Assembly: GCA_000503835.1 (NCBI GenBank) | Contig: CP006914.1 | Span: 45,790 to 109,789, forward strand | From: a candidate division WWE3 bacterium RAAC2_WWE3_1 | GTDB lineage: Bacteria > Patescibacteriota > WWE3 > UBA101185 > UBA10185 | Direction of reading: 5' to 3' | Length of the DNA stretch: 64,000 nt | Part shown: positions 9,058 through 21,492 of the stretch, piece after piece | How the letters are laid out: every line of letters starts with the position of its first letter | Position numbering within the stretch: position 1 is the stretch's first letter | Position numbers and translations under genes: made by a program | Notes under the pieces: generated by a model | The model's database searches: none | Seen by the model: only the letters and a program-made list of their open reading frames with translations | What the model was told of the DNA's origin: nothing

Positions 9058-9606
9058 ATGAATATAAAGAGACATTTTTACGAAATAGCAGAGTCCTTTT
9101 TAACTTCCCTCGTCGTTGTTCTTGTACTGTACATCACGATAGGATCGGTCGAGGTTGTCTGGGGAGCGAGCATGGAACCGAACTTCGAAACGGGTGAAAG
9201 GATACTTGTGGATAAAATAACCAGGAATTTCAGAGATTATGAAAGGGGCGAGGTAGTCGTGCTCGTGCCTCCTACCGAGGACTCAAAACACTTTATAAAA
9301 AGGGTCGTCGGACTCCCGGGTGACATAATTAAGGTATTTGAGTGTAAAATCTATATATACCGAGATGGCAGTCAATTTACCCTGGACGAGGAGTATCTGG
9401 GTTCCAATGGTTGTACTATTGGTGGAAACGAGTTTCTGCAGGAGGGCAGGTCGGTGGAAATAAAGGACGGTTACTATGTTGTGATGGGGGATAACAGGCG
9501 TAATTCCCTGGATTCCCGTGTTTTCGGCATGGTTAAGGCTTCGGATATCGTGGGAAGGGTGGTTTTTCGTTTTTGGCCGGTGGGAAAGGCTGGATTCGTA
9601 AATTAG
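9058..9606 (+). CDS. lepB: Signal peptidase I
   Basis: TM anchor then GASMEPNF (catalytic Ser), KRVVGLPGD and GDNRRNSLDSR boxes. The track start at 9007 overlaps the divergent gene, so ATG 9058 is preferred. Confidence 0.85.
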   Translation: MNIKRHFYEIAESFLTSLVVVLVLYITIGSVEVVWGASMEPNFETGERILVDKITRNFRDYERGEVVVLVPPTEDSKHFIKRVVGLPGDIIKVFECKIYIYRDGSQFTLDEEYLGSNGCTIGGNEFLQEGRSVEIKDGYYVVMGDNRRNSLDSRVFGMVKASDIVGRVVFRFWPVGKAGFVN

Positions 9607-9609
9607 ACA

Positions 9610-9750
9610 TTGACAACCTTTTCGGGATATGGTAGTTTTCGCACTGTTCTAAAGCATTTCCAATATTTTTATGAAAAAAGACCTTTGGGGTCGGTTTTCT
9701 GTTGGGAAAAGCTGCGTTTTCAGCGAAAATACAGCATTTTCGTTAAAAAA
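9610..9750 (+). promoter_or_regulatory. rpoB upstream region: candidate promoter (TTGACA 9610-9615, 17 nt, TAGTTT) plus two consecutive small hairpins of the form gaaaa-N5/6-ttttc at ~9700-9750, in a ~180-nt leader.
   Basis: Hexamers and inverted repeats read directly (gaaaagctgcgttttc; cgaaaatacagcattttcg). Confidence 0.3.
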
Positions 9751-9822
9751 CACGGAAAAATTTAATAAAACCGCTTTTTTGTAGTAAAATTTTTTTTACG
9801 GCCAAATTTAGGGGAAAACTTA

Positions 9823-12800
9823 ATGAGAGAAACTTTTTCTAAAAGAAAAATAGCTTTAAATCTTCCAAACTTAGCAGATATACAATTAAATTCGTACAAC
9901 TGGCTCATGAACGAGGGTCTTAAGGAGATCCTTGAAGAGCTGGGGACCGTCGAGGACAGTTCTGGCAGAGGCTGGGTTGTTACCCTCTCCGATCCTTCTA
10001 TAGAGAAGGAGAACATTTCCATACCCGAAGCTAAAAGGACGGGCAGAACCTACGACGCTCCCTGGTATGTCAAGGCGACAATAGAAGACCCTTTAACAAA
10101 AAAGAAGAAGGTATCCAATATATACATGGGCGATCTTCCTCTAATGACTCAAAGGGGAACCTTCGTGATCAGCGGTGTTGAGAGAACTATTGTTAATCAA
10201 TTAATCAGGGCAGAAGGAGTTCTCTTTACGGGAGAACTCTCTCCCGTTACGGGACAATTCCTGGCAGGTGCTAAGATATTGCCCAAGAGCGGTGTCTGGC
10301 TTGAGTTTGAAACCTCGAGGAACGGTGTCCTTAGCGTAAGGATTGATAGGAAAAGAAAACTAGCGGTTACCACACTCTTGAGAGTCTTCGGACTTGAGGA
10401 AGACGATGACATAAGAAAAGTATTCGAAAATGTCGAGTCAAATCCCGAAATAAATTACATAAATGAAACATTAGCAAAAGACCCGGCTTCCAGCTTTGAA
10501 GAATCCTGCATTGAGATCTATAGAAAAATGAGACCGGGAGAACCTTTGGTGCTGGAGAACGCCAAAGCTCTTGTAGCAGCCATGTTCTTCAACAAAAGAA
10601 GATTTAGCATGGGCCATGTCGGGAGATTTAAGTTGAACAAGTCACTCGGTCTGAACATACCCAACGATCCGGATCACAGACTCCTTACTTTAGAGGATCT
10701 GATAAAGATAGTTTCAAAAATAATCGAACTGAATAATGGTGTCGGTATGCCGGACGATGTGGACTTTCTGGGTAACAGGCGTGTTAAAAGTGTGGGAGAA
10801 CTTCTTCAGTGGCAGATGAGGATAGGCTTCTTAAGAATGGAAAAGAACATCAAGGAAAGAATGTCCTTATCCCCGCGCGAAACCCTTCCTGAACCGTCGG
10901 TATTGATATCACCCAGAGCCATAGCAGCGGCTGTTCACAGCTTTTTCGCTACAGGTCAGCTGTCTCAGCTTCACGATCAGCAAAATCCTTTAACCGCACT
11001 GGATCATTTGAGAAGACTTTCGGTTTTAGGACCGGGCGGTCTTACAAAGGAAAGGGCAAGTTTCTCGGTAAGAGACGTCCATTATTCTTCGTTCGGAAGA
11101 GTTTGTCCTGTCAGAACTCCGGAAGGCCCGAACATAGGTCTGATCAACTATCTGGCTTCTTACGCTAAAGTAAACGAATATGGTTTTTTGGAAACTCCTT
11201 ATATTAAACTTGAGAAAAAACCCTCGGGAGAGATTAGACTTACCGACGAGATAGTTTATCTGGCAGCCTACGACGAAGAGAACGCTCATATTACGGACCA
11301 ATCGGTTGCTGTGGACGCAAAAGGTTTCATCACGGACAAGCAGGTTCCTCTTCGAAAAGGAGGCAATTTCTTCCTGGGTGATGTCGCTTTAGCAGAATAT
11401 ATTGAGGTTGTTCCCCGACAGGTCGTCGGTGTGGCCGCAGGACTTATTCCTTTCTTACAAAATAACGATATCGCAAGAGCACTTATGGGAACCCAGCAAA
11501 TGTCTCAGGCGGTTCCTTTGGTTAAGCCGGAGACTCCTATTATCGGAACAGGTATCGAGGGTGAAATCGCCCGAAATACAAACGCACTTATTCTTGCAGA
11601 TGAAGACGGAGTTGTTGAGTACGCTGACGCCAGAAAAGTAATTGTTAAATACGGACGCGGCGGTAAAGGTTCCAAAGTAGAATACACAGCCGCTAAATTT
11701 GAACAAACCAACAGCGACACCTGCTTTAATCAATATGTCGTAGTCGAAACCGGCCAGAAAGTAAAAGAGGGTGACGTACTTGTCGAAGGCCCCGCTGTTA
11801 ACAATGGTGAGTTATCTATCGGAACAAATATGAAAGTTGCCTATATGATTTACGAAGGCTTGGAATTTGAAGACGGCATCGTAATTTCGGACAGATTGGT
11901 AAAAGAAGATGTATTAACCTCAATTCACGTTTCCGACTATCAGACTTCGGTACAGGAAACAAAGCTCGGGCCTGAGGAAATCACAAGAGACATACCTAAC
12001 GTTTCTGAGGAATCATTGAGAAATCTGGATGAAGACGGAATAGTAGCCGTCGGTTCCAAAGTAAAATCCAGCGATATTCTTGTAGGTAAGGTCGCTCCCA
12101 AAGGGGAAATGGATCTGACATCGGAGGAAAGACTTCTTAGAGCTATTTTCGGTGAAAAAGCTAAGGATGTCAGGGACACGTCTTTGTATATGCCCCACGG
12201 TGAGCACGGTGTCGTTATTGGCATAAAAAGGGTTACAAAAAAGGACAACGAGTCTTTACCCGCGGGAACAATCGAGAGAATTACCGTGTACGTTGCTCAG
12301 CAAAAGAAAATAGACATCGGGGATAAATTAGCGGGAAGACACGGTAACAAAGGTGTTATCTCCGCAATAGTTCCTGTTGTGGACATGCCCATGCTCCCTG
12401 ACGGTTCTACGGTCGACATAATATTCTCTTCAGAAGCGGTCCTGAAACGTATGAACGTGGGTCAGTTACTTGAAGCTGCCCTCGGAATGGCAGGAAAAGC
12501 GCTGGGAAAGACTTATGAAGTTCCTTCTTTGCAGGAAATTCCTGAAGAACTTATTGAAGCGGAATTGAAAAAAGCGGGTCTTCCCGTGTCGGGAAAAACA
12601 AAACTTATCGATGGAAGGAACGGAGAGTATTTCCAGAATGAGATTGTCGTGGGTGACACATATATTCTTAAACTCATTCACATGTCGGAAGAGAAAATGC
12701 ACGCCAGGTCGACGGGTCCTTACTCCTTAATAACACAGCAGCCTCTCGGAGGTAAAGCTCAGTTCGGCGGACAAAGGTTCGGAGAAATGGAAGTATGGGC

Positions 12801-13125
12801 TCTTGAGGCTTACGGTGCCGCAAACATACTTAAGGAAATATTGACCATTAAATCGGACGACATGCTGGGAAGGACTCAGGCTTATAGCGCAATGGTCCAG
12901 GGTAAAGAAATACCCGAATCATCGGTTCCGGAAACATTTAAGTTACTGGTCAGAAAACTTAACGGATTGGGTCTGGGTCTTGAAGCTTACTCTTCTGAGG
13001 AAGATTCGGGTCCGGTCGAGGAAGTTGAAGAAAGCGCACAGGAAGTTGTGGATGCTTCCATGAAAGCGGTCGTAGAGGCAGCAAGTGAAGAAATTTCCGA
13101 GCAGGAGGCGGAATCGGAAGAATAA
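9823..13125 (+). CDS. rpoB: DNA-directed RNA polymerase subunit beta (compact, 1100 aa)
   Basis: Conserved blocks, e.g. ...GRHGNKGVISAIVP..., ...RFGEMEVWALEAYGAA...; AGGGGAAAA SD. Confidence 0.95.
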   Translation: MRETFSKRKIALNLPNLADIQLNSYNWLMNEGLKEILEELGTVEDSSGRGWVVTLSDPSIEKENISIPEAKRTGRTYDAPWYVKATIEDPLTKKKKVSNIYMGDLPLMTQRGTFVISGVERTIVNQLIRAEGVLFTGELSPVTGQFLAGAKILPKSGVWLEFETSRNGVLSVRIDRKRKLAVTTLLRVFGLEEDDDIRKVFENVESNPEINYINETLAKDPASSFEESCIEIYRKMRPGEPLVLENAKALVAAMFFNKRRFSMGHVGRFKLNKSLGLNIPNDPDHRLLTLEDLIKIVSKIIELNNGVGMPDDVDFLGNRRVKSVGELLQWQMRIGFLRMEKNIKERMSLSPRETLPEPSVLISPRAIAAAVHSFFATGQLSQLHDQQNPLTALDHLRRLSVLGPGGLTKERASFSVRDVHYSSFGRVCPVRTPEGPNIGLINYLASYAKVNEYGFLETPYIKLEKKPSGEIRLTDEIVYLAAYDEENAHITDQSVAVDAKGFITDKQVPLRKGGNFFLGDVALAEYIEVVPRQVVGVAAGLIPFLQNNDIARALMGTQQMSQAVPLVKPETPIIGTGIEGEIARNTNALILADEDGVVEYADARKVIVKYGRGGKGSKVEYTAAKFEQTNSDTCFNQYVVVETGQKVKEGDVLVEGPAVNNGELSIGTNMKVAYMIYEGLEFEDGIVISDRLVKEDVLTSIHVSDYQTSVQETKLGPEEITRDIPNVSEESLRNLDEDGIVAVGSKVKSSDILVGKVAPKGEMDLTSEERLLRAIFGEKAKDVRDTSLYMPHGEHGVVIGIKRVTKKDNESLPAGTIERITVYVAQQKKIDIGDKLAGRHGNKGVISAIVPVVDMPMLPDGSTVDIIFSSEAVLKRMNVGQLLEAALGMAGKALGKTYEVPSLQEIPEELIEAELKKAGLPVSGKTKLIDGRNGEYFQNEIVVGDTYILKLIHMSEEKMHARSTGPYSLITQQPLGGKAQFGGQRFGEMEVWALEAYGAANILKEILTIKSDDMLGRTQAYSAMVQGKEIPESSVPETFKLLVRKLNGLGLGLEAYSSEEDSGPVEEVEESAQEVVDASMKAVVEAASEEISEQEAESEE

Positions 13126-13140
13126 TTTCCGCATATAAAT

Positions 13141-16100
13141 ATGAAAGACATTAGTCAATTAAAAGATTTTGACGCAATAAAAATATATCTGGCATCAAGT
13201 CAGGAATTATTGAGCTGGTCGTACGGAGAGGTTACAAAACCCGAGACCATAAACTACAGGACTTTCAAACCCGAAAGAGAAGGACTTTTCGATGAGCGCA
13301 TCTTCGGTCCTTCCAAAAATTACGAATGCTATTGCGGAAAGTACAAAGGAATAAGGTACAAAGGTGTTTTGTGTGATAAGTGCGGTGTCGAGGTAACACA
13401 TTCCAGAGTGAGAAGAGAAAGAATGGGACATATAAAACTTTCCTCTCCGGTAGCTCACGTTTGGTTCTTCAAAGGCATTCCGTCAAAGATGGCTCTATTG
13501 CTTGATCTCACACCGAGGAACGTGGAATCGGTGGTCTATTTCGCGTCATTCATAGTTACGGCCATGGACGGCAAGAAAAAGGCTGAAGCGATAGATATGG
13601 TCACAAAAGATTTCGAAAAAGTTAAAGCTCAGATAAATAAGGAGGCCGATGCAAAAGTGCAGGAGGTAGAAGTTGAGCTGAAGAATATTGCAAAAATTCC
13701 CGAAGAAATAAAACGCGCCGAAGAGGAAAGGAAGATTAGAGAAAAGACTCAGCAAATAAGGACACAGTACGAAAAAAAGATAGAGGAGCAGGAAAAACAT
13801 TTCAAGATAGTTCAAAAGAAAATTGAAAGTGTCGAACAGTACTCGGTCATATCCGAGAACGAATATATACAATTGGTAAATTATCTCGAAATATTCGCTC
13901 AGTTGGAAATCGGAGCAGAAGCTTTACAGAATATATTAAAAAGCATGAATCTTAACGATCTCTCGGAAAAACTCAGATTGGATCTGACTACTTCCAAGGG
14001 ACAGAAGGCTCAAAGAATAAACAAAAGACTTAAAGTTGTAGAACAGTTCAGGAAGGCGAACATCTCCCCCGATAGAATGATTATGGAAATAATTCCGGTG
14101 ATACCCCCGGATCTTAGACCTATGGTTCAGTTGGAGGGCGGACGATTTGCAAGTTCCGACTTGAATGATCTTTACAGACGATTGATTAATAGAAATAACC
14201 GTTTGGGCAGGCTGCTGGATTTGGGTGCCCCCGAAATCATTGTAAGGAACGAAAAAAGAATGCTGCAGGAATCAGTTGACGCACTTTTTGACGCTTCCAA
14301 ACAAAGACAAAAAACAAGAGTTACCAGAGGTAAAAAGGAATTGAGGTCCCTGGCCGATATGATAAAGGGTAAGCAGGGCATATTCCGTTTGAACCTGTTG
14401 GGAAAAAGGGTCGATTACTCAGGAAGAGGCGTTATCATAAACGGTCCCAATTTAAAATTGAACGAATGCGGACTTCCTAAAGACATGGCTCTTGAACTAT
14501 TCAAACCCATGGTTCTGAGGGAAATACTTGGGAGAGGGTATGCACCTAATGTAAAAAGTGCGAAATACTATCTTGAATCACGCGTGCCTGAGGTTTGGGA
14601 TATTCTTGAGGAAGTAGTCAAGGATCATCCGGTTCTTCTGAACCGTGCACCTACTCTCTGGAGGCTGGGTATTCAGGCATTCTATCCGAAGTTGGTAGAA
14701 GGTAACTCAATAAAACTTCATCTGTGTGTATGCTCAGGCTATAACGCTGACTTTGACGGAGACCAAATGGCAGTTCATGTTCCGTTGGGTGAAAAAGCTA
14801 TAGAAGAGGCCAAAACAGTGATGATATCCACCAACAATTTGCTGAATCCTTCGAACGGATCTCCAATTTCAATACCCACAAAAATAATGTTGTTTGGGGT
14901 TTACTACATCACATCCGTTGATGAGAAACTTCCGTTGTTCGAAAGAGTTTTCAGTGACGAATACGAACTTATGCATGCGGTCGATGCTACCGGAGAAGTA
15001 ACTTTACGACAAAAGATAAAAATAGGGATTAACGGCGAGATTGTAGAAACTACGTACGGTAGACTCATATTCAACAGGGTTGTTCCGGAAAGGTTTGGGT
15101 ATGTCAATCATACAATGGATAAGAAACAGATTAACTCAATCCTACAGAGAACTTTCGAAACGGAACCAAACGAGGTAGTTGTTAAATTCATTGATGACCT
15201 TAAGGATCTCGGGCTAAAGTACGGAACCATCAGCGGTCAGTCGGTTTCCCTGTCTGATATTCAGGTTCCTCAGGCAAGAGTTTCAATTATAACTAAAGGA
15301 AAAGAAACGGTAGCCGAAATCGAGTCTAACTACAAAAGGGGCTTGATTACAAGGGCTGAGGCTTCAAGACTTAAAGAAGATACATGGAATAAAGTGATTT
15401 CCGACCTTGACGCGGCAATTTGGGATGCGTTGGCCGACGATAACCCGGTTAAGGTTTTGGTCAAATCAGGTTCAACACGTGCTTCAAGGGATCAGGTTAA
15501 ACAAGTTGCGGGTATGAAAGGTTTGGTCGTTGATACATCTGGTAAGACGGTTGAAGTTCCTATTCTTGGCAACTATAAATACGGATTATCGGCTTTGGAG
15601 TACTTCATCGGAGCTAAAGGTGCGAGAAAAGGATTGGTGGACAAGGGTTTGAAGACAGCTGACGCCGGCTACTTGACCAGAAGACTTGTGGATGTTTCAC
15701 AGGATGTTATCGTTCGCGTCGAAGATTGTGGTACAGAGCACGGTAGGACAATGAAAGTAGGGGAAGGAACCTTACTTCAAACTTTTGCAGACAGAGTGAT
15801 AGGACGCTATCTTGCTTCGGACGTGAAAGTTAAAGGAAAGACCCTGGTAAAAAGAGGTACGTTGCTTTCGCGCGAAGACGTGGCAAAAATAGAGGCTGCA
15901 GGCATCGAAAACATTGTTATCAGGTCCCCCATGCACTGTGAAACCAGAAGAGGTATCTGCGGTAAGTGCTACGGAAAAGATCTGATGACGGGAAAACTTG
16001 TAAACATGGGGACTGCAGTAGGTGTCGCAGCGGCTCAATCCATCGGTGAGCCGGGCACTCAGCTCTCCATGAGAACCTTTCACACCGGAGGTATTGCAGG

Positions 16101-16809
16101 AAAAGATATTACCCAGGGTTTGCCCAGAGTTGAAGAACTGGTCGAGGCAAGAGCACCTAAATTCCTTTCTTTAATGTCGGATATTACAGGTGTTGTAAAC
16201 ATAGTCAAAAGCGGTGACGAAAGAAAGATCATTGTTATCCCCACGGACCGTGATGAGGACGCCGCCGAATATTTGGTGGATCCGGTCGAAGAAATAATAG
16301 TCAAGGAAGGTGAAATTGTCGCAAAAGGCGAAAAGTTAACTGCAGGCAACCTCGATCTTACTGACCTGTTCAGAACCGTAGGAGTTGATGAGACCAAGAG
16401 ATACATAATTGAGGAAATCCAGAAAGTTTATGCTTCCCAGGGTGTTGCCCTAAATGATAAGCACATCGAAATAATCGTTAAACAAATGTTCAATCACGTG
16501 AAAATCGATGAGGTCGGGGACACAGAGTTTATGGAAGGCGAACTTAGTACCAAAGCCAGATTCATGGAAGTAAACGAGGAAGTTATTGCCAGTGGCGGAA
16601 CCCCCGCGACAGGGAAACTTACCATGCTTGGAATTACCAGAGCTTCGTTAAACACGGACAGTTTCTTATCTGCAGCTTCATTTATTCAGACAAGTAATGT
16701 GTTGACCGACGCAGCAGCTTCTGGTAAGGTTGATTATCTTTTGGGATTGAAAGAAAATGTCATAATTGGTAGATTAATCCCGACAGGAGATCGTGCCAGA
16801 TTGGAGTAA
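13141..16809 (+). CDS. rpoC: DNA-directed RNA polymerase subunit beta'
   Basis: Zinc finger [23 protein letters not shown], catalytic [12 protein letters not shown] motif, 1222 aa. Confidence 0.95.
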   Translation: MKDISQLKDFDAIKIYLASSQELLSWSYGEVTKPETINYRTFKPEREGLFDERIFGPSKNYECYCGKYKGIRYKGVLCDKCGVEVTHSRVRRERMGHIKLSSPVAHVWFFKGIPSKMALLLDLTPRNVESVVYFASFIVTAMDGKKKAEAIDMVTKDFEKVKAQINKEADAKVQEVEVELKNIAKIPEEIKRAEEERKIREKTQQIRTQYEKKIEEQEKHFKIVQKKIESVEQYSVISENEYIQLVNYLEIFAQLEIGAEALQNILKSMNLNDLSEKLRLDLTTSKGQKAQRINKRLKVVEQFRKANISPDRMIMEIIPVIPPDLRPMVQLEGGRFASSDLNDLYRRLINRNNRLGRLLDLGAPEIIVRNEKRMLQESVDALFDASKQRQKTRVTRGKKELRSLADMIKGKQGIFRLNLLGKRVDYSGRGVIINGPNLKLNECGLPKDMALELFKPMVLREILGRGYAPNVKSAKYYLESRVPEVWDILEEVVKDHPVLLNRAPTLWRLGIQAFYPKLVEGNSIKLHLCVCSGYNADFDGDQMAVHVPLGEKAIEEAKTVMISTNNLLNPSNGSPISIPTKIMLFGVYYITSVDEKLPLFERVFSDEYELMHAVDATGEVTLRQKIKIGINGEIVETTYGRLIFNRVVPERFGYVNHTMDKKQINSILQRTFETEPNEVVVKFIDDLKDLGLKYGTISGQSVSLSDIQVPQARVSIITKGKETVAEIESNYKRGLITRAEASRLKEDTWNKVISDLDAAIWDALADDNPVKVLVKSGSTRASRDQVKQVAGMKGLVVDTSGKTVEVPILGNYKYGLSALEYFIGAKGARKGLVDKGLKTADAGYLTRRLVDVSQDVIVRVEDCGTEHGRTMKVGEGTLLQTFADRVIGRYLASDVKVKGKTLVKRGTLLSREDVAKIEAAGIENIVIRSPMHCETRRGICGKCYGKDLMTGKLVNMGTAVGVAAAQSIGEPGTQLSMRTFHTGGIAGKDITQGLPRVEELVEARAPKFLSLMSDITGVVNIVKSGDERKIIVIPTDRDEDAAEYLVDPVEEIIVKEGEIVAKGEKLTAGNLDLTDLFRTVGVDETKRYIIEEIQKVYASQGVALNDKHIEIIVKQMFNHVKIDEVGDTEFMEGELSTKARFMEVNEEVIASGGTPATGKLTMLGITRASLNTDSFLSAASFIQTSNVLTDAAASGKVDYLLGLKENVIIGRLIPTGDRARLE

Positions 16810-16811
16810 TA

Positions 16812-17234
16812 ATGCCTACTATAAATCAGTTACTTAGAAAAAACAGAAAAACTAAAGCAAAAAAGTCCTCGACAAGAGCGCTGAAGGAGGCATTCAATTC
16901 TCTGAAAAGGCGTCCTATTAAAAGACAGGGTCCTTTCAAAAGGGGTGTTGTACTTTTAGTGAGGACACAAACTCCGAAGAAACCTAACTCGGCTCTCAGG
17001 AAGACCGCAAGGGTGAGATTATCGAATAAAAAAGAAGTGACTGTTTATATTCCGGGCGAAGGACACAACCTTCAGGAGCACTCTGTTGTTCTTGTGAAGG
17101 GCGGAAAAGTTCAGGATCTTCCCGGAGTCAAGTACACTATCGTCAGAGGTACCTTAGACTTGGCGGGAGTTCAATCACGAAAAACTTCACGTTCCATTTA
17201 CGGTACCAAGAAACCTAAGGAGGCCAAAAAATGA
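16812..17234 (+). CDS. rpsL: 30S ribosomal protein S12
   Basis: [10 protein letters not shown]...[10 protein letters not shown]... canonical S12. Confidence 0.95.
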   Translation: MPTINQLLRKNRKTKAKKSSTRALKEAFNSLKRRPIKRQGPFKRGVVLLVRTQTPKKPNSALRKTARVRLSNKKEVTVYIPGEGHNLQEHSVVLVKGGKVQDLPGVKYTIVRGTLDLAGVQSRKTSRSIYGTKKPKEAKK

Positions 17235-17698
17235 GAGGCAAGCCCGCAAAGAAAAGACCAGTATTAGGTGACCCAGTCTTTAAATCAAAGATCGTTAACA
17301 GAATGATAAATATTGTAATGCTGAACGGAAAAAAATCTATTGCCGAGTCTGTTGTATACGGAGCCATAGATCACCTTAACGAAGATAGAAAAGAAGGATT
17401 AAGAATGCTTGAGCAGGCTGTTAAGAATGTGATGCCCCAACAGGAAGTCAGATCGAAAAGAGTCGGCGGAGCAACATATCAGGTTCCTATGCCTCTTAAA
17501 CACGAAAGGTCCGAAGCTCTCGCATTACGATGGTTGATAACAGCTGCGAGAAACAAAAAAGGCAAACCCATGGAAGAGAAACTTTACGAAGAACTTAACA
17601 ATGCCTATCAAAATATGGGTGACGCTATCAAGAAACGTGACGACACTCACAGGATGGCTGACGCCAACAGGGCATTTGCACATTTTGCCAGGAGATAA
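17231..17698 (+). CDS. rpsG: 30S ribosomal protein S7
   Basis: 155 aa, overlaps the rpsL stop by 4 nt. S7-like sequence, placed between rpsL and fusA. Confidence 0.92.
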   Translation: MRGKPAKKRPVLGDPVFKSKIVNRMINIVMLNGKKSIAESVVYGAIDHLNEDRKEGLRMLEQAVKNVMPQQEVRSKRVGGATYQVPMPLKHERSEALALRWLITAARNKKGKPMEEKLYEELNNAYQNMGDAIKKRDDTHRMADANRAFAHFARR

Positions 17699-17734
17699 TT
17701 ACCAATTTCTATATAAATAAGGTTTTATATAAAT

Positions 17735-19819
17735 ATGGCCGAAACAGCAAATAAACATTATCCTTTAGAGAGAATTCGCAACATAGGCATAATCGCCCAT
17801 ATTGACGCCGGTAAGACCACTACTTCCGAAAGGATACTTTATTACACAGGAAAATCTCACAAGATTGGCGAGGTTCATGAAGGTGCCGCACAGATGGACT
17901 GGATGGCTCAGGAACGTGAAAGAGGCATCACAATTACCTCAGCAGCAACTACATGTTTTTGGAACGATCACAGAATTAATATTATCGACACCCCCGGGCA
18001 TGTTGATTTTACGGCTGAGGTCGAAAGATCCCTAAGGGTTCTGGACGGCGGCGTAATTATACTGGATGGATCGCAGGGCGTTGAACCTCAATCCGAAACC
18101 GTTTTCAGACAGGCCCAAAAATATCATGTTCCGCTGTTATTTTTTGTAAACAAACTGGATAAAATCGGCGGAGATTTTTATATGTCGCTGAACTCCGTTC
18201 TTGAAAAGCTGGCTCCCGATGCCATAGCAGTACAACTTCCGATAGGTATTGAAAATGAATTTCACGCAGTCATAGATTTGATTGAGAGAAAAGCTTTTAA
18301 ATTCGAGGGAAATCTCGGTGAGAACATCGTCGAAATAGAAATTCCCGAAGACATGAAACAAAAGGTCGAAGATTTCAGACAAAAGCTGGTCGAAAAAGTT
18401 GCGGAGAGCGACGACGCCCTTATAGAAAAATATCTGAACGGTGAAGAATTAACAATCGAAGAAATCAAAAATGGCATTAGAAAATTAACTGTTCAGGCTA
18501 AACTTTATCCTGTATTTTGCGGAGCTTCTCTATCGAATGTCGGAATTCAAAAACTTCTGGACGGAGTTGTTGCCTATCTTCCATCTCCTATAGATACGCC
18601 GGACACGGAAGGTTACGATCAGGCGACAGGAGAGAAAATGAAGCTCGCTCACGATGAGAACGGCCCGTTTGTCGCCTTGGCATTTAAAGTTCAGACAGAC
18701 CCCTATGTCGGAAGACTCACTTATCTCCGTGTCTACTCCGGGAAAATAACTGCAGGCTCTTATATCTATAACTCGACTAAAGACAGAAAAGAAAGAGTCG
18801 GACGACTTCTTTTGATGCATGCTAATCACAGAGAAGAATTGCATGAAATAAAAGCAGGCGAGATCTGCGCCGCCGTGGGTTTGGATGCCGTGACCGGGGA
18901 TACTCTGTGCAGCGAAGCCTATCCGATAGTACTGGAATCTATAAGTTTTGCCGAACCGGTTATCGGTTTGGTATTGGAACCTAAATCAAAAGCGGATAGG
19001 GATAAGATGTCCGTTGCAATTAAAAAGTTTTTGGAAGAGGACCCCACTTTAAAAATTAAAACTAACGAGGAAACCGGACAGGGTGTTCTGTACGGAATGG
19101 GTGAACTTCATCTGGAAATTATCGTTGACCGTATGAAGAGAGAGTTCGGTGTCGAGGTGAACACCGGTAAACCCCAGGTTGCTTACAGAGAAACTATTAG
19201 AAAGACAGTTGATGTTGAAGGTAAATATATCCGTCAATCAGGCGGACGCGGCCAGTACGGACACGTCGTCATCAAAGTTGAACCTTTGGAAAGAGGAAAA
19301 GGCCTGGAATTTGTAGACAAACTTGTCGGAGGTTCAATTCCCAGGGAATACATTCCTGCGGTTGAAAAGGGTGTGAAGGAAGCTGTTGAAAGCGGAGTAT
19401 TGGCCGGCTACCCTCTTGTTGACCTCAGGGTTACCTTATATGACGGATCTTTCCATGAGGTCGATTCTTCGGAAATGGCTTTCAAGATGGCAGCTATCGA
19501 GGCCATGCGGGATGCCCAGCGAAGCGCGGACTCTTTCATAATAGAGCCGATAATGAAAATCGAGGTTGTAACACCGGACGATTTTATGGGAGATGTTATA
19601 GGCAACCTGTCTTCAAAAAGAGGCAAGATCGAAAGCACCGAACAACGCGGAAACGCTCGTGTTATAAGCTCCACGGTACCTTTGGCAGAAATGTTTGGGT
19701 ACGCAACCGAACTGAGAGGCATGACTCAAGGCAGAGCCTCGTTTGCCATGGAACCGAGCCATTACGAGGAAATTCCTGCCAGCGTTCTACCGGAAATAGT
19801 CAAGACCGGCAGAAGATAG
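17735..19819 (+). CDS. fusA: Elongation factor G
   Basis: [26 protein letters not shown], 694 aa. Confidence 0.95.
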   Translation: MAETANKHYPLERIRNIGIIAHIDAGKTTTSERILYYTGKSHKIGEVHEGAAQMDWMAQERERGITITSAATTCFWNDHRINIIDTPGHVDFTAEVERSLRVLDGGVIILDGSQGVEPQSETVFRQAQKYHVPLLFFVNKLDKIGGDFYMSLNSVLEKLAPDAIAVQLPIGIENEFHAVIDLIERKAFKFEGNLGENIVEIEIPEDMKQKVEDFRQKLVEKVAESDDALIEKYLNGEELTIEEIKNGIRKLTVQAKLYPVFCGASLSNVGIQKLLDGVVAYLPSPIDTPDTEGYDQATGEKMKLAHDENGPFVALAFKVQTDPYVGRLTYLRVYSGKITAGSYIYNSTKDRKERVGRLLLMHANHREELHEIKAGEICAAVGLDAVTGDTLCSEAYPIVLESISFAEPVIGLVLEPKSKADRDKMSVAIKKFLEEDPTLKIKTNEETGQGVLYGMGELHLEIIVDRMKREFGVEVNTGKPQVAYRETIRKTVDVEGKYIRQSGGRGQYGHVVIKVEPLERGKGLEFVDKLVGGSIPREYIPAVEKGVKEAVESGVLAGYPLVDLRVTLYDGSFHEVDSSEMAFKMAAIEAMRDAQRSADSFIIEPIMKIEVVTPDDFMGDVIGNLSSKRGKIESTEQRGNARVISSTVPLAEMFGYATELRGMTQGRASFAMEPSHYEEIPASVLPEIVKTGRR

Positions 19820-19940
19820 GACTTTTGCCCGAAAATGCTTGATTTTTAGGTATTAATCTGGTTAACTAGCAGTTGTCGAATTAGTCTAAACAACTTAAAG
19901 TATTAATTTATATAAATTTTGAAAGGATGATTAATTTAAC

Positions 19941-21119
19941 ATGGCCGAATTTATAAGAAATAAAGAGCACGTAAACATAGGTACCATTGGTCACGTTGAC
20001 CATGGAAAAACCACATTAACTGCGGCTATTACAAAAGTGCTTTCAGGCAAGGGTCAGGCACAGTTTGTTAGCTACGAGAACATCGATAAGGCTCCGGAAG
20101 AAAGAGCCCGAGGTATCACAATCAACATCACACATGTTGAGTATGAGACCGACAAGAGGCACTACGCCCACATCGATGCTCCGGGACACGCAGACTACAT
20201 CAAGAACATGATTACCGGTGCCGCTCAAATGGACGGCGCAATACTTGTGGTTTCTGCTCCTGACGGACCGATGCCTCAAACAAGGGAGCATATTTTGTTG
20301 GCTAAGCAAGTTAACGTTCCTGCCATGGTCGTCTTCATGAATAAGACAGACATGGTTCAGGACAAAGAAATTCTCGATCTCGTTGAGTTAGAGGTAAGAG
20401 AGTTGTTAACCAAGTACGGATTTCCCGGAGATACCACACCGATAATTAAAGGATCCGCTATGAAAGCTTTGGAAGGCGATGCAGATGCAGTAAAGAGCAT
20501 AGAAGAGCTTATGGAGGCTGTCGATACCTTTATTCCTACTCCGGTAAGAGAACTTGATAAACCGTTCCTTATGCCGGTTGAAGACGTATTTACAATCTCA
20601 GGAAGAGGAACTGTCGTTACGGGAAGGATCGAAAGAGGCAAGGTAAAGATTAACGAAGAAATTGAGATCGTCGGAATCAAGGACACAAAGAAGTCGGTCG
20701 TTACAGGTGTAGAAATGTTTAAGAAGCAAATGCAGGAAGGTCTCGCAGGAGACAACGTCGGTATTCTTCTTAGAGGTATTGAGAGAACTGATGTGGAAAG
20801 AGGACAAGTGTTGGCCAAGCCCGGCAGCACCAAGCCCCACACAGATTTCGATGCTGAGGTTTATATATTATCCAAAGAAGAGGGGGGAAGGCAGAAACCT
20901 TTCTTCAGCGGATACAGACCTCAGTTCTATATCAGAACCACTGACGTTACGGGTGAAATAATTCTCCCCGAGGGCGTTGAGATGGTTATGCCCGGAGATA
21001 AAGTGAATATGAAAGTTAAACTCATTACACCGGTCGCACTAGAAGATGGTATGAGATTCGCTATAAGAGAAGGCGGACACACTGTCGGAGCAGGAGTTAT
21101 CTCTAAAGTTAACGCTTAA
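19941..21119 (+). CDS. tuf: Elongation factor Tu
   Basis: [26 protein letters not shown], 392 aa; AAAGGA SD. Confidence 0.95.
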   Translation: MAEFIRNKEHVNIGTIGHVDHGKTTLTAAITKVLSGKGQAQFVSYENIDKAPEERARGITINITHVEYETDKRHYAHIDAPGHADYIKNMITGAAQMDGAILVVSAPDGPMPQTREHILLAKQVNVPAMVVFMNKTDMVQDKEILDLVELEVRELLTKYGFPGDTTPIIKGSAMKALEGDADAVKSIEELMEAVDTFIPTPVRELDKPFLMPVEDVFTISGRGTVVTGRIERGKVKINEEIEIVGIKDTKKSVVTGVEMFKKQMQEGLAGDNVGILLRGIERTDVERGQVLAKPGSTKPHTDFDAEVYILSKEEGGRQKPFFSGYRPQFYIRTTDVTGEIILPEGVEMVMPGDKVNMKVKLITPVALEDGMRFAIREGGHTVGAGVISKVNA

Positions 21120-21132
21120 GAAACAAGTTTTT

Positions 21133-21158
21133 AGAGTGCCCCCGAAAGGGGGCACTCT
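21133..21158 (+). promoter_or_regulatory. Very stable stem-loop: 11-bp stem (agagtgccccc/gggggcactct) closed by a GAAA tetraloop, between tuf and rpsJ; no downstream U-tract.
   Basis: Perfect inverted repeat read directly. The ORF track extended rpsJ through it; the real rpsJ ATG is at 21172. Confidence 0.6.
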
Positions 21159-21171
21159 ATCGTTGGGTAAA

Positions 21172-21492
21172 ATGGTAAAAGCTCAAAAAGAAACAAAAAT
21201 CAGAATAAAGCTCAATTCCTATGACAGCAGGATTATAGATCTTAGCTGCTCCAGGATAGTTGATACGGCAATAAGGACCGGAGCCAAAGTAGTAGGACCG
21301 GTGCCCCTTCCCACAAGAATTGAGAAGTTTACTGTTATCAGAGGACCGCATATCGATAAGAGGTCGAGAGAGCAATTTGAGCTCAGAACTCACAAAAGAG
21401 TGGTCGACGTTTTGAACCCGACAGCACAGACCGTAGAGAGCCTTTCAAAGCTCAGTTTGCCGGCCGGTGTTGGGATAACGATGAAGATGTAA
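21172..21492 (+). CDS. rpsJ: 30S ribosomal protein S10
   Basis: [48 protein letters not shown]... canonical S10; start moved to the internal ATG after the hairpin. Confidence 0.9.
   Translation: MVKAQKETKIRIKLNSYDSRIIDLSCSRIVDTAIRTGAKVVGPVPLPTRIEKFTVIRGPHIDKRSREQFELRTHKRVVDVLNPTAQTVESLSKLSLPAGVGITMKM

Noticed and set aside
19820-19940. Internal promoter between fusA and tuf (TTGATT…TTAACT/TATTAAT)
   Set aside because: The hexamers are weak or ambiguous and only AT-richness supports it, so it is not reported as a feature.
20357-20842. 161-aa minus-strand ORF inside tuf, and many similar antisense ORFs inside rpoB, rpoC, fusA, secA and the GT genes (e.g. 1289..1642, 5090..5413, 11455..11733, 13546..13872, 26072..26644, 46724..47233, 52720..53190)
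   Set aside because: These are shadow ORFs antisense to, or frame-shifted within, strongly supported conserved genes. They have low-complexity, Ser/Leu-rich translations and no SD.
21136-21171. Longer S10 start ([12 protein letters not shown]...) from the ORF track
   Set aside because: Those codons are the two arms of the 11-bp GAAA hairpin. Canonical S10 begins at [12 protein letters not shown] (21172).
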